The notes under the pieces are model-generated. The model was not told where the DNA came from and did no database searches. It was given only the letters and a program-made list of their open reading frames with translations. Below are positions 56,293 through 64,000 of a stretch of DNA of 64,000 nucleotides, piece by piece. The position numbers and the translations under genes are program-made. This DNA comes from a bacterium (GTDB taxonomy: Bacteria; Babelota; Babeliae; Babelales; Vermiphilaceae), in NCBI GenBank assembly GCA_021833825.1, contig JAKBEL010000021.1:525-64524 (forward strand), read 5' to 3'. How positions within the stretch are numbered: the stretch's first letter is position 1; every line of letters begins with the position of its first letter.

Positions 56293-59200
56293 ATGAGCGA
56301 TAGATTTTTTATACATAAATGGAAATTTACCATCTGGTTTTTGTTATGTGCGGTACCTTCTTTAGTGAACGCCATACCGACTATAACATGGACTAATTTA
56401 AATACACCATCAAATATTTCTGGTGGATTTGTAGCGAGCGTGCTTCTTGATGCAACCGGAAGTGGGGGCGTTATTGAGCTTCAACCAAACTCACCTACTG
56501 TCTTTCCTGGCACAGTTGGAACCAATGTCATCTCTAGTTATAATGTAGGGCCTGCTATGATAGGCGTCAGTTTAGCCGGTGATACCATTATTAGAGGTAA
56601 TGCTGCAGGTAATTCTAGACTCTATGTTTATGCACAGCTTGGAGCAGAAGTTGTTTTTGATTTAAGCACATATAGTTTGACCTTTGAAGGTTCTGCAAAT
56701 GGGGATGATCTTCTTATTGCAATACAGGGTCAAGGAAAGGTTGTATTTGTCTTAGGGGACGGGAAAAAACTTATATTGACTAATAATAGTGTAGCGGGCG
56801 GTGGTCGTGTACAGATGTATAGACAGTTAGATGATAATATGACTGCAAGACCAGGAGCTCAACTCATATTTGTAGGCAATACAGGTTCAGTGAATCCAGA
56901 AGTTGTTATTGAAGAAGGCTCGATTGTAAGTTATTTAGGTTATACTGCTCAACCAAATGCACCGACCTCTGAAAATGGTATTATTCTTTTTGATACAACA
57001 AACAATAGTGGTTCCAATGAGATGATTTTGACTATAGGGCAATTGGGTGCTGTTATTGTCAGAGGGCGTCTTGTAAGTAATGTTACACCTCCTGAAGATT
57101 ATAATTATACGCTTGCCGATATTGATCCTAGTATGCCAGCTGGATTTAATGCAATTTTTAATGTTATAAATATGAATGGGTCATCTGCTAGTGGCGGCTT
57201 GTTAGTGCAGAACTATAATAATACATTAGGAGAGCTCATTTGGGATCCATGGTGCAATTTAGATGTTCGTAGCAATCCTCCATTTGGTAATTTCAATGGA
57301 GTTCAATGGGGCTTTGTATTAGGTTCTTATGCAACTTTAAATGTTAATGGTTATGCGTACCTTGATTATGTCTCATTGACCGGTACACAGTGCCCAGTTG
57401 TATCCTCTCTTGTAAATGCTTCATCGCTCATTAAGTCACGTAATCCATCAGCACTCTTTACCGATGGTCAACCAGATCCATTATTTATACCGCCCCAGAT
57501 TACTATTGGCCAAGTTGGTCAACCTGCAGGAATCTTCTTCCGTTCAGGAGTTGATAATAATGGAACCATTCGTTCTTTATCTGATCCAAATCCATTTACT
57601 ATTGATCCTGCAAATCGTACGCCGGGTGAAGGATTTGTTGTTTTTGATATAGAAGGTCCGCTGAATATAACCGGTTTTAATACGGCTTTACAAGAGTTTT
57701 CGGGCATAGAGTTACTCTCTCTTGAAGTTGATCCGACAGGAGGATCACTATTTGTTGGAGATGGACAGACTATATTTCCATTAAGAACTTTTGCAACTCA
57801 ATCAGTAACAGATCAATGCACAGGGCAAGTTACAGAGACCTATTTATCATATAATAATGCATGCTTCTTGAATAATGGTCGTGTCAATTTGCAATCAGTT
57901 TCAATTATTCATACAGATCAGAATCATCATGTTTTTGAAGATAATGATGTTGCCTCAGAGCCAGCATATATTGGTGGCGAGACGTGGCTCTTCAAATCTT
58001 GTGTAGGATGCATCGCAAAACCAAAATGGGCTTTTTATAATTCACGTTTTGATGTGCAGACGAGCGTTGCATTAACAGGAGTTGATCTCTTGGTGCCTAA
58101 TGGATCTGATTATGCAACACCATGTGGTGCAAATCTCTCACAGTTTGCATTCTATCAAAATGGTAAAGCGATTGATCATGGCAATGGTCGTAATATGATT
58201 TTAGGTACCTATATTGGTTCAACGGCATGTGATGGTTGTACAGTGCTCGATAAAGATGCTCAATTAGATGTTATGCAGGATCAAGATTGTGACAGTCCTA
58301 GCCCTCAAGAGCTTCAATTGGTTAATGGGGTCAATGATAATACTATTGTTCAAGGCATAACGGGTGATATTAGTAATCAGTATTCGATACAGACGATTTA
58401 TTTAGGTAACAATAGTAACATTTCAGTTGGAACACAGGGCAGTCTTGGCACCACTATGAGTGTTACAGTGCCAGTTCAATCGACCTTCCCATTGACTACG
58501 TTGCCAATATTAACCATTGATGGAAATTTCTTCTCATTTGAAACGCGCGGTGGAGAAAACGGTCTACCAGATACAAGCAATGTGACAGGTCAAGGTGGTA
58601 TCTTTGTTGATACAAATGGTACATTCCAAATAGGGAGTCAAGTTTGTGGCTATCGTACTAATATTGGTGCCATGGTAACAAAGAGTAGTAATGGTGTAAT
58701 TAATCTACCTTCAAATCGTGTGTTTTTTGATCCTACTATCGGTATTGCAACTTGGAACTTAGATTTAAGTGATTCAAATCAGTGGGTTATTGTGCCAAAT
58801 GGTGTTGAATATGAAGAGTATAATCTCAATTGGATGTTTACCATTAAGGATTATAATCAGTTCATGCCATATTATTTAACAGATTGTTACAATCCATGTG
58901 TATGTCCACCTGTTATAGATATGAACGTAACAGCGATTCCAGAAGTTCAAGGGACTGTGCAACAGTTTAATATTCAAGGTTCACGCATTGGTGATCCAGC
59001 TCATCTAAAAGTGAACGGTGGAACAATAGAAGAGCTTGTGATGCTTGTTGGTTTTAATTCAGCAGAGGCTCCAGTTGCGGTATTAGTACTTGAGAATAAT
59101 GCTGAAGTTGGACTTGGTTCAACACATCGTAATGTTGATTCATTGCATGCATCAGTGCAGCTGGGTGTGAATGGTATCAATCTTATTATGGATGGTGGAG

Positions 59201-60612
59201 ATGCAACAGTAGTTCTTAATGAAGATGTTATTATTAATAATATCTGTTCAATTTTACCTGGTCCAAATATCTCTTCAACATCAAAACTAAAATTCACCTC
59301 CGATTGTTGTAAAACATTGCGTGTTACTAAAGATGGTATACTTGACTTGAGTGGTTTTGATGAAGGTCAAGTTATCGAATTTGCAGGTAATGTGCACGTG
59401 GTTTTTGAGCCGGGATCAACAGTAATCTATAATCCTATCTCTCAAGGAACGGGGCCAACATTACGTTTTGCAGATCAGGCTACATGTCTATTTGAACCAG
59501 TACATAATCTTGATGGTATTTTTGGAACCGATTTGACAGGAACAGATACTGTTCGCGTTGTATTTACTGGAGTAGGAGTATTAGAGTTTGCAGATTGTGC
59601 TCGAGCAGATCTGCCGCGCGATGCATTTGTTGGTATTGAGTCTTTAGCATCTTGTGATATAAGCGGTGCAGTTGTGCGACTTCATATAACTGATAGCGCA
59701 GAATTCTATATTGGTGATACTGATTGTAGAACGCCCGGTGGTGTGTTACAAGTTGGCAATACTATTCCGTTCACTATGAATGTTGATCCAGTAATTACTT
59801 TTAGTCTTATCTTAGATGGTCCTCAAGCTAAATTTGAAATTGGGCCACAAGGGTTCTTAGGTCTTGGTATGGGGATTGTCAATAAGCCTGCACTGGGGCA
59901 TGACAATTGGCTTGTAACTCAAGCATATAATTTAAATACAGTCAGTTTAGATTTGCCTAATGGCATTTTCCGTCATGCTCAACTCTATGCTGGAAATGAT
60001 GATCGCTCAGCATTGATAGCATTAGGTGATTCTATTTTGGGTGGAACAAATCCATTTGAATTCTATAGTGACCCACTGCCAGGTACAGCGCCTGATAAAT
60101 ATTCAGCATCATTGCTTTCAAATACTAATCTGTTGGGTGGTGGTAACATAATTGCAGCAGCGCCATCAACAACAGAGGTGTTCGCTCCAGTTGTTGATGA
60201 TGTGAATGGTGCTATAAATTCAGGTCAATATTTTGCAGGGATTTTGGCATCAACACCGATATTACAAGAGCCACAATTTTCAGGCAATGCAGCAGTGAGC
60301 GCTCAAGAGGCTCAATTGTTATTAAGGGCACAAGATATATTATTATTAGCTCCAACAACTAATCGTGCGGTTGCAGCACCAAGTGACCTGCTCAATCAAG
60401 TGCGTGTTGGTTATATTGATTCTGCTAATATTCCTGGATCTGAAGGTTTAATTGGAAGAATAGAAGTTATTAATATTCTTGGAAAGACTCCGCAGACTGT
60501 TGTTCAGCAACATACATTGCAGATTGGCGTTGCACAAGTAACCCCAACTCCATTGAGTGCTGGAAATAATCCTCCACGTCCAATTTTATCAGTAAATGAA
60601 TTAGGTAATTAA
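56293..60612 (+). CDS. Giant (1439 aa) secreted G/N/T/V-rich, Cys-containing protein, beta-helix/adhesin-like
   Basis: Leader ...LCAVPSLVNA. Recurrent short strand-turn patterns (GAEVVFDLSTYSLTFEG, GKVVFVLGDGKKLILTN, GAQLIFVGNTG). Close Cys pairs SCVGC, ACDGC, DCYNPCVCPP and SDCC. No C-terminal barrel signature. Confidence 0.7.
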   Translation: MSDRFFIHKWKFTIWFLLCAVPSLVNAIPTITWTNLNTPSNISGGFVASVLLDATGSGGVIELQPNSPTVFPGTVGTNVISSYNVGPAMIGVSLAGDTIIRGNAAGNSRLYVYAQLGAEVVFDLSTYSLTFEGSANGDDLLIAIQGQGKVVFVLGDGKKLILTNNSVAGGGRVQMYRQLDDNMTARPGAQLIFVGNTGSVNPEVVIEEGSIVSYLGYTAQPNAPTSENGIILFDTTNNSGSNEMILTIGQLGAVIVRGRLVSNVTPPEDYNYTLADIDPSMPAGFNAIFNVINMNGSSASGGLLVQNYNNTLGELIWDPWCNLDVRSNPPFGNFNGVQWGFVLGSYATLNVNGYAYLDYVSLTGTQCPVVSSLVNASSLIKSRNPSALFTDGQPDPLFIPPQITIGQVGQPAGIFFRSGVDNNGTIRSLSDPNPFTIDPANRTPGEGFVVFDIEGPLNITGFNTALQEFSGIELLSLEVDPTGGSLFVGDGQTIFPLRTFATQSVTDQCTGQVTETYLSYNNACFLNNGRVNLQSVSIIHTDQNHHVFEDNDVASEPAYIGGETWLFKSCVGCIAKPKWAFYNSRFDVQTSVALTGVDLLVPNGSDYATPCGANLSQFAFYQNGKAIDHGNGRNMILGTYIGSTACDGCTVLDKDAQLDVMQDQDCDSPSPQELQLVNGVNDNTIVQGITGDISNQYSIQTIYLGNNSNISVGTQGSLGTTMSVTVPVQSTFPLTTLPILTIDGNFFSFETRGGENGLPDTSNVTGQGGIFVDTNGTFQIGSQVCGYRTNIGAMVTKSSNGVINLPSNRVFFDPTIGIATWNLDLSDSNQWVIVPNGVEYEEYNLNWMFTIKDYNQFMPYYLTDCYNPCVCPPVIDMNVTAIPEVQGTVQQFNIQGSRIGDPAHLKVNGGTIEELVMLVGFNSAEAPVAVLVLENNAEVGLGSTHRNVDSLHASVQLGVNGINLIMDGGDATVVLNEDVIINNICSILPGPNISSTSKLKFTSDCCKTLRVTKDGILDLSGFDEGQVIEFAGNVHVVFEPGSTVIYNPISQGTGPTLRFADQATCLFEPVHNLDGIFGTDLTGTDTVRVVFTGVGVLEFADCARADLPRDAFVGIESLASCDISGAVVRLHITDSAEFYIGDTDCRTPGGVLQVGNTIPFTMNVDPVITFSLILDGPQAKFEIGPQGFLGLGMGIVNKPALGHDNWLVTQAYNLNTVSLDLPNGIFRHAQLYAGNDDRSALIALGDSILGGTNPFEFYSDPLPGTAPDKYSASLLSNTNLLGGGNIIAAAPSTTEVFAPVVDDVNGAINSGQYFAGILASTPILQEPQFSGNAAVSAQEAQLLLRAQDILLLAPTTNRAVAAPSDLLNQVRVGYIDSANIPGSEGLIGRIEVINILGKTPQTVVQQHTLQIGVAQVTPTPLSAGNNPPRPILSVNELGN

Positions 60613-60626
60613 CGATAAAGAGTATG

Positions 60627-60660
60627 CGAGTAAGAGTCTTAGAAAATAGATTCTTACTCG
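60627..60660 (+). terminator. Strong hairpin between the giant gene and the barrel gene (attenuator/terminator candidate, no U-tract)
   Basis: A 13-bp stem (one G-T pair): cgagtaagagtct / agattcttactcg, with an 8-nt loop. Confidence 0.4.
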
Positions 60661-60704
60661 TAAATGTATAGAAGCATATGAAGATATAATCAAAAAGGAG
60701 AGCA

Positions 60705-62642
60705 ATGAAAAAAGAACTCTTAATGGCAGTTGGCCTGCTGAGTTTGTCGGGGATTTCCCTTTATGCAACAACAAGTTATTTCAGAACACCGCTAAGTTTT
60801 ATTGAGAGTCGTTGGGGATATGTGCATTATCCATTTCCATGGCTTGATGATTGTGCAGATTGGGAAATTGATGCAATGGGCGTTGCGTATGAACGCACAG
60901 CGTGTAAAGCTTATGGCAAAAATCCAGCATGTATTACTAATGATGATGAGTGTAATAATTCATGTGATAGTAACAATAAGGTAACAAGAAATACTGTTCC
61001 GCTTTCACAATTGTGGTTTGGTAAAGAATCATTCTTAGCTTCAGAAATTTTTGCAGGGGGGGCAGTTGCAGGTCCATCGGCAAATCCATTTCTTAATTTT
61101 GTGAGAATTACTCCTAATTTTGACTATAATGAGAGCGGTGCAGCACTTGCATTTAATGCAGTACGTAAAAATTTAGGATGTGATAAATCATGGTTTGTTG
61201 GTGGTCGTGTTGCAATGCCAATTGCTACGGTTGATGTAAGGCAGCGCCATTCAGGGCCAATTGCTGTTGCAACTGAAGAGCTTGCTAGCGTTATTTTGAC
61301 CATTGGCCAACAATATAATGCAAATGGGCCAACAGTTCCCGGTTCGACCGATTCGCGCCAGGTCAAAGCGTATCGTCTAGATTTTTTAACTGGCCTTCAG
61401 ATGCCTGATGGGACACCGATGGTCAAATATGGTACCGTGGGATTAGATGCAACATCAGATACTTTTATTGCTGGTCAGGATATTACAACTAATAATGATC
61501 AACATACTTCTGGTGCAAGTCCGAAGCGTGCACCAATATATGTCTATAAGCAGAGTGATGGAGTTTTTCCGTTGGCAAAGCAAGGGCTTACAGAGAATGA
61601 TGCAAAATTTCCTTTGACTATTGGTGGGCAGCGCGCTTACCCTATGGTTGACTTGGAGGCAGATGCCATTTTAGATGCTGCAGGAGGGGCAGTATTAACA
61701 GATGGGCAAGTTGCCGCATTTGGAGGGTATAACAGTGCTCCATCATCAACAAATTTACAGGCAAATTATGCAGGTGGTCTTGGTGCTGATGTTAATGCTC
61801 AAAAGCAACTGTTTGTCTTTCCTGTAGCAGCATCATCTGGTGGTATGACATGGGAACCGATTGGTCTGTTGGTAGAAAATACCATAGAATATGTTTTAGA
61901 TGCTTTACAAAATGCGAATGCTTCTGAATCTGAGTCAGTTCTTACCTTCTTTGATATTCATGGTATCGATTTTGGCAATTCTGATTGTTCAACCGGTGCT
62001 GGTGATACATTGTTCGAATTTTATGGTGGCAAAATGCATGATTGTTGGTTTGTTGATGGTCTTGTGGGATTACGTTTGCCAACAGGTTCTGATGCGGATA
62101 ATCCAAGGCGCATTTATCAGCAGACAACTGGTGATAATGGCCATTTTGCAACTAAACTTGGAGCAGAAGGTGGTTATGTGCCATGCCATTGGTTTGGTAT
62201 GAAATTTGATTTCTTTTGGTCACATTACTTCTCTCATACTGAAAAACGTGCAGTACCATTTAAAGGGTCAACGATTCGCAACATTGGTCCATGTATTGAT
62301 GCTAAAGTGCATTGGGATGATTTCCAGGCGCATGCTGATTTTACATTCTTTAGTCCACGATGCCCCGATTTAGGTTGGGATTTTGGTTATGAATTTTTTG
62401 CAAAGACTGACGATAAAGTCTGTCTTTGTGCAACACAGGCAATTGATTTTAATGGCAATACGCAATTTGTAGATGCATCTATTTTGAGTGAAAACACCAA
62501 TACTCAATCACATAAGCTTCGTGCTGAAATTTTCAATAGATGGGGATGCTTCGAACTATTCTTTGGCGGATCATATATTATTGCTGGTCGTCAGGTTATG
62601 AAGGAGGCTGAGTGTCATTTGGGTATGAAGGCTTATTTTTAA
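60705..62642 (+). CDS. Cys-rich putative outer-membrane beta-barrel protein (larger relative of 42555-43940)
   Basis: AAGGAG SD and a leader. Cys-dense N-terminal region (DDCADW...ACKAYGKNPACITNDDECNNSCD). Terminal ...GMKAYF. Confidence 0.6.
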   Translation: MKKELLMAVGLLSLSGISLYATTSYFRTPLSFIESRWGYVHYPFPWLDDCADWEIDAMGVAYERTACKAYGKNPACITNDDECNNSCDSNNKVTRNTVPLSQLWFGKESFLASEIFAGGAVAGPSANPFLNFVRITPNFDYNESGAALAFNAVRKNLGCDKSWFVGGRVAMPIATVDVRQRHSGPIAVATEELASVILTIGQQYNANGPTVPGSTDSRQVKAYRLDFLTGLQMPDGTPMVKYGTVGLDATSDTFIAGQDITTNNDQHTSGASPKRAPIYVYKQSDGVFPLAKQGLTENDAKFPLTIGGQRAYPMVDLEADAILDAAGGAVLTDGQVAAFGGYNSAPSSTNLQANYAGGLGADVNAQKQLFVFPVAASSGGMTWEPIGLLVENTIEYVLDALQNANASESESVLTFFDIHGIDFGNSDCSTGAGDTLFEFYGGKMHDCWFVDGLVGLRLPTGSDADNPRRIYQQTTGDNGHFATKLGAEGGYVPCHWFGMKFDFFWSHYFSHTEKRAVPFKGSTIRNIGPCIDAKVHWDDFQAHADFTFFSPRCPDLGWDFGYEFFAKTDDKVCLCATQAIDFNGNTQFVDASILSENTNTQSHKLRAEIFNRWGCFELFFGGSYIIAGRQVMKEAECHLGMKAYF

Positions 62643-62661
62643 TTTATAAAGAAAGAAGAAC

Positions 62662-64000
62662 ATGAAAAAAAGGAATGAGTATCAAATTCTGCTTTACTCC
62701 AAGATGTTAAGTGTATTCTTGTTGGCATTAGCTCCATTGCCTTTAGATGCTTTTAGCCGTGCAAGTAGAGCTCCTATATCAAAGAGTATGTCTAGAATTG
62801 GTCGTGAAGCAGTAGGGGCAGATTTTAGCCGTATAGGGCTTGATAAAAATCGAGCGCCTAGACCAGATGCCTTATCATATCAAGGTTCAACTCCTCAAAT
62901 TGCATCGCCATTTAATGCGGCCTGTTGTGAAGAGCTGAAGTTGGCGATCTGTAATTTGAAGCAATTTATTATTGACAATGGCGGTTGCTCTTCTGCTTGT
63001 GAAAATCTTCAAAAAGATCTTCAGACACTGATAGATTTGGCAAATTCGAATTTGCTATGTTGTAATGTAAATACAGCTCAGGGTGCAGAAGCCAATAACA
63101 AACTGAATTATATCACCTCAGTTGTTGACCAAACAGAATCATTATTGATCGAAATAGATCAGACAGACCAGATGATATTATCAAAGGTCTGTAAAATTGA
63201 TACACAAGTTGATGTTATTATTGCAGCTTTGGGGTCTATAAGTAATTTAGATCTTTTTATTAGTGAATTGGACATTCTAGTAAGTACCATTGAAAAGCTT
63301 GATGTTGGTATAGTCTCATCGCTTATTGTTACGATACAGGGTCTTAATAGTGTAATAGATAATATATCATCAAAAATAGACGTAGATATTAATCTTGATG
63401 AAATGATATTATCAAAAGTCTGTAAAATCGATACGCAATTGGATACAGTAGAATCTCTTGTAGAGCTTGTGGTTGGTCAAGATTGCAGTAGTGCAACAGC
63501 TATTATTTTAAGTGGATTAGATAGTCTGGGTACTCATATAGAGCAGTTGACGAGTATTGTTGAAAGCATTGATGTGACATTGATCTCTGTTGAATCGACC
63601 GTTAATGTGATCGATACAAGAACAAGTAGTATCTACAACGTTGATCAGACCATTTTGTCATTGGTTGAGGATATTGACCCTAGAGTGATATCAATACAAT
63701 CATCAATTGACAACACAGTTAACTGTTGCAGCGCGGTCAATGTGATTGATACAAGAACAGCATCAATCTATAACGTTGATCAGACCATTTTGTCATTGGT
63801 TGAGGATATTGACCCACGAGTGATATCAATACAATCGTCGATTGATAATACAGTTAACTGCTGCAGCGCGGTCAACGTGATTGATACAAGAACAAGTAGT
63901 ATCTATAATGTAGATCAGACTATCTTGTCATTGGTTGAAGACATTGACCCTAGAGTAATATCGATTCAATCATCGATTGACAATTCAGTTAACTGCTGTA
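62662..64000 (+). CDS. Leader-bearing Cys-pair coiled-coil repeat protein (partial; continues past the window end)
   Basis: Not in the ORF track because it is open-ended. Hand translation from ATG 62662 is stop-free: MKKRNEYQILLYSKMLSVFLLALAPLPLDAFS... CC pairs occur at AACCEE, LLCCNV and VNCCSAV. It lies 19 nt after the barrel gene. Confidence 0.75.
   Translation, partial: MKKRNEYQILLYSKMLSVFLLALAPLPLDAFSRASRAPISKSMSRIGREAVGADFSRIGLDKNRAPRPDALSYQGSTPQIASPFNAACCEELKLAICNLKQFIIDNGGCSSACENLQKDLQTLIDLANSNLLCCNVNTAQGAEANNKLNYITSVVDQTESLLIEIDQTDQMILSKVCKIDTQVDVIIAALGSISNLDLFISELDILVSTIEKLDVGIVSSLIVTIQGLNSVIDNISSKIDVDINLDEMILSKVCKIDTQLDTVESLVELVVGQDCSSATAIILSGLDSLGTHIEQLTSIVESIDVTLISVESTVNVIDTRTSSIYNVDQTILSLVEDIDPRVISIQSSIDNTVNCCSAVNVIDTRTASIYNVDQTILSLVEDIDPRVISIQSSIDNTVNCCSAVNVIDTRTSSIYNVDQTILSLVEDIDPRVISIQSSIDNSVNCC
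63604..64000 (+). repeat. In-frame 135-bp (45-aa) tandem repeat, at least 2.9 copies, truncated by the window end
   Basis: Units start at 63604, 63739 and 63874 and encode NVIDTRT(S/A)SIYNVDQTILSLVEDIDPRVISIQSSIDN(T/S)VNCCSAV. Confidence 0.9.

Noticed and set aside
63604-64000. Regularly spaced repeats as a possible CRISPR array (also the 42-bp tandem at 9062-9148)
   Set aside because: The 135-bp units are contiguous, in-frame and coding, with no unique spacers. The 42-bp units are directly adjacent with no spacers. No cas genes are present.
1-64000. tRNA, rRNA, tmRNA and SRP RNA genes, and prophage genes
   Set aside because: I scanned the intergenic regions by eye for T-loop (GGTTCGAATCC-like) and tmRNA/SRP signatures and found none. 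No capsid, terminase or integrase-like ORFs are present. A covariance-model scan would be needed to be sure about small RNAs.

Overview
AT-rich bacterial chromosomal window from a diderm (BamA, class A PBP, MurG, type IV pilin and prepilin peptidase). The gene content reads like a reduced, host-associated genome. A Dependentiae/TM6-like or chlamydia-like lifestyle is my inference only and cannot be verified without a search. Recognisable housekeeping genes are rnpB, PBP1A, murG, a DciA-like gene, holB, tmk, an acyl-CoA ligase, cysK, tsaC, rbfA, rpsU, gltX, bamA and potABCD. These alternate with many leader-bearing or effector-like proteins: an HDAC11-like deacetylase, two HAD-like proteins, an EEP nuclease/phosphatase, a GH1 glycosidase, a NAPE-PLD-like MBL hydrolase, two ankyrin proteins, a Ser-rich repeat protein and coiled-coil membrane proteins. 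Mobile or accessory content is a decayed IS5-family element with perfect 18-bp inverted repeats, a YafQ/RelB-type toxin-antitoxin pair, two diverged DUF4143 AAA ATPase paralogues and a GC-richer dispersed intergenic repeat. Main oddities: (1) a translationally coupled AtpI-like / F-type a subunit / four-hairpin fused c subunit module with no stator or F1 genes beside it; (2) a Cys-rich surface locus at the right edge, made of a 1439-aa beta-helix-like protein, a beta-barrel candidate and a CC-pair 45-aa-repeat protein; (3) two gene cassettes each sitting between the intact 3' end of a host gene and a decayed direct copy of that same 3' end; (4) three tandem genes for membrane-hairpin plus coiled-coil proteins. 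No rRNA, tRNA or CRISPR array was recognised. Everything is read by eye: start codons are often uncertain (the ORF track uses alternative starts) and identity estimates come from hand alignment.
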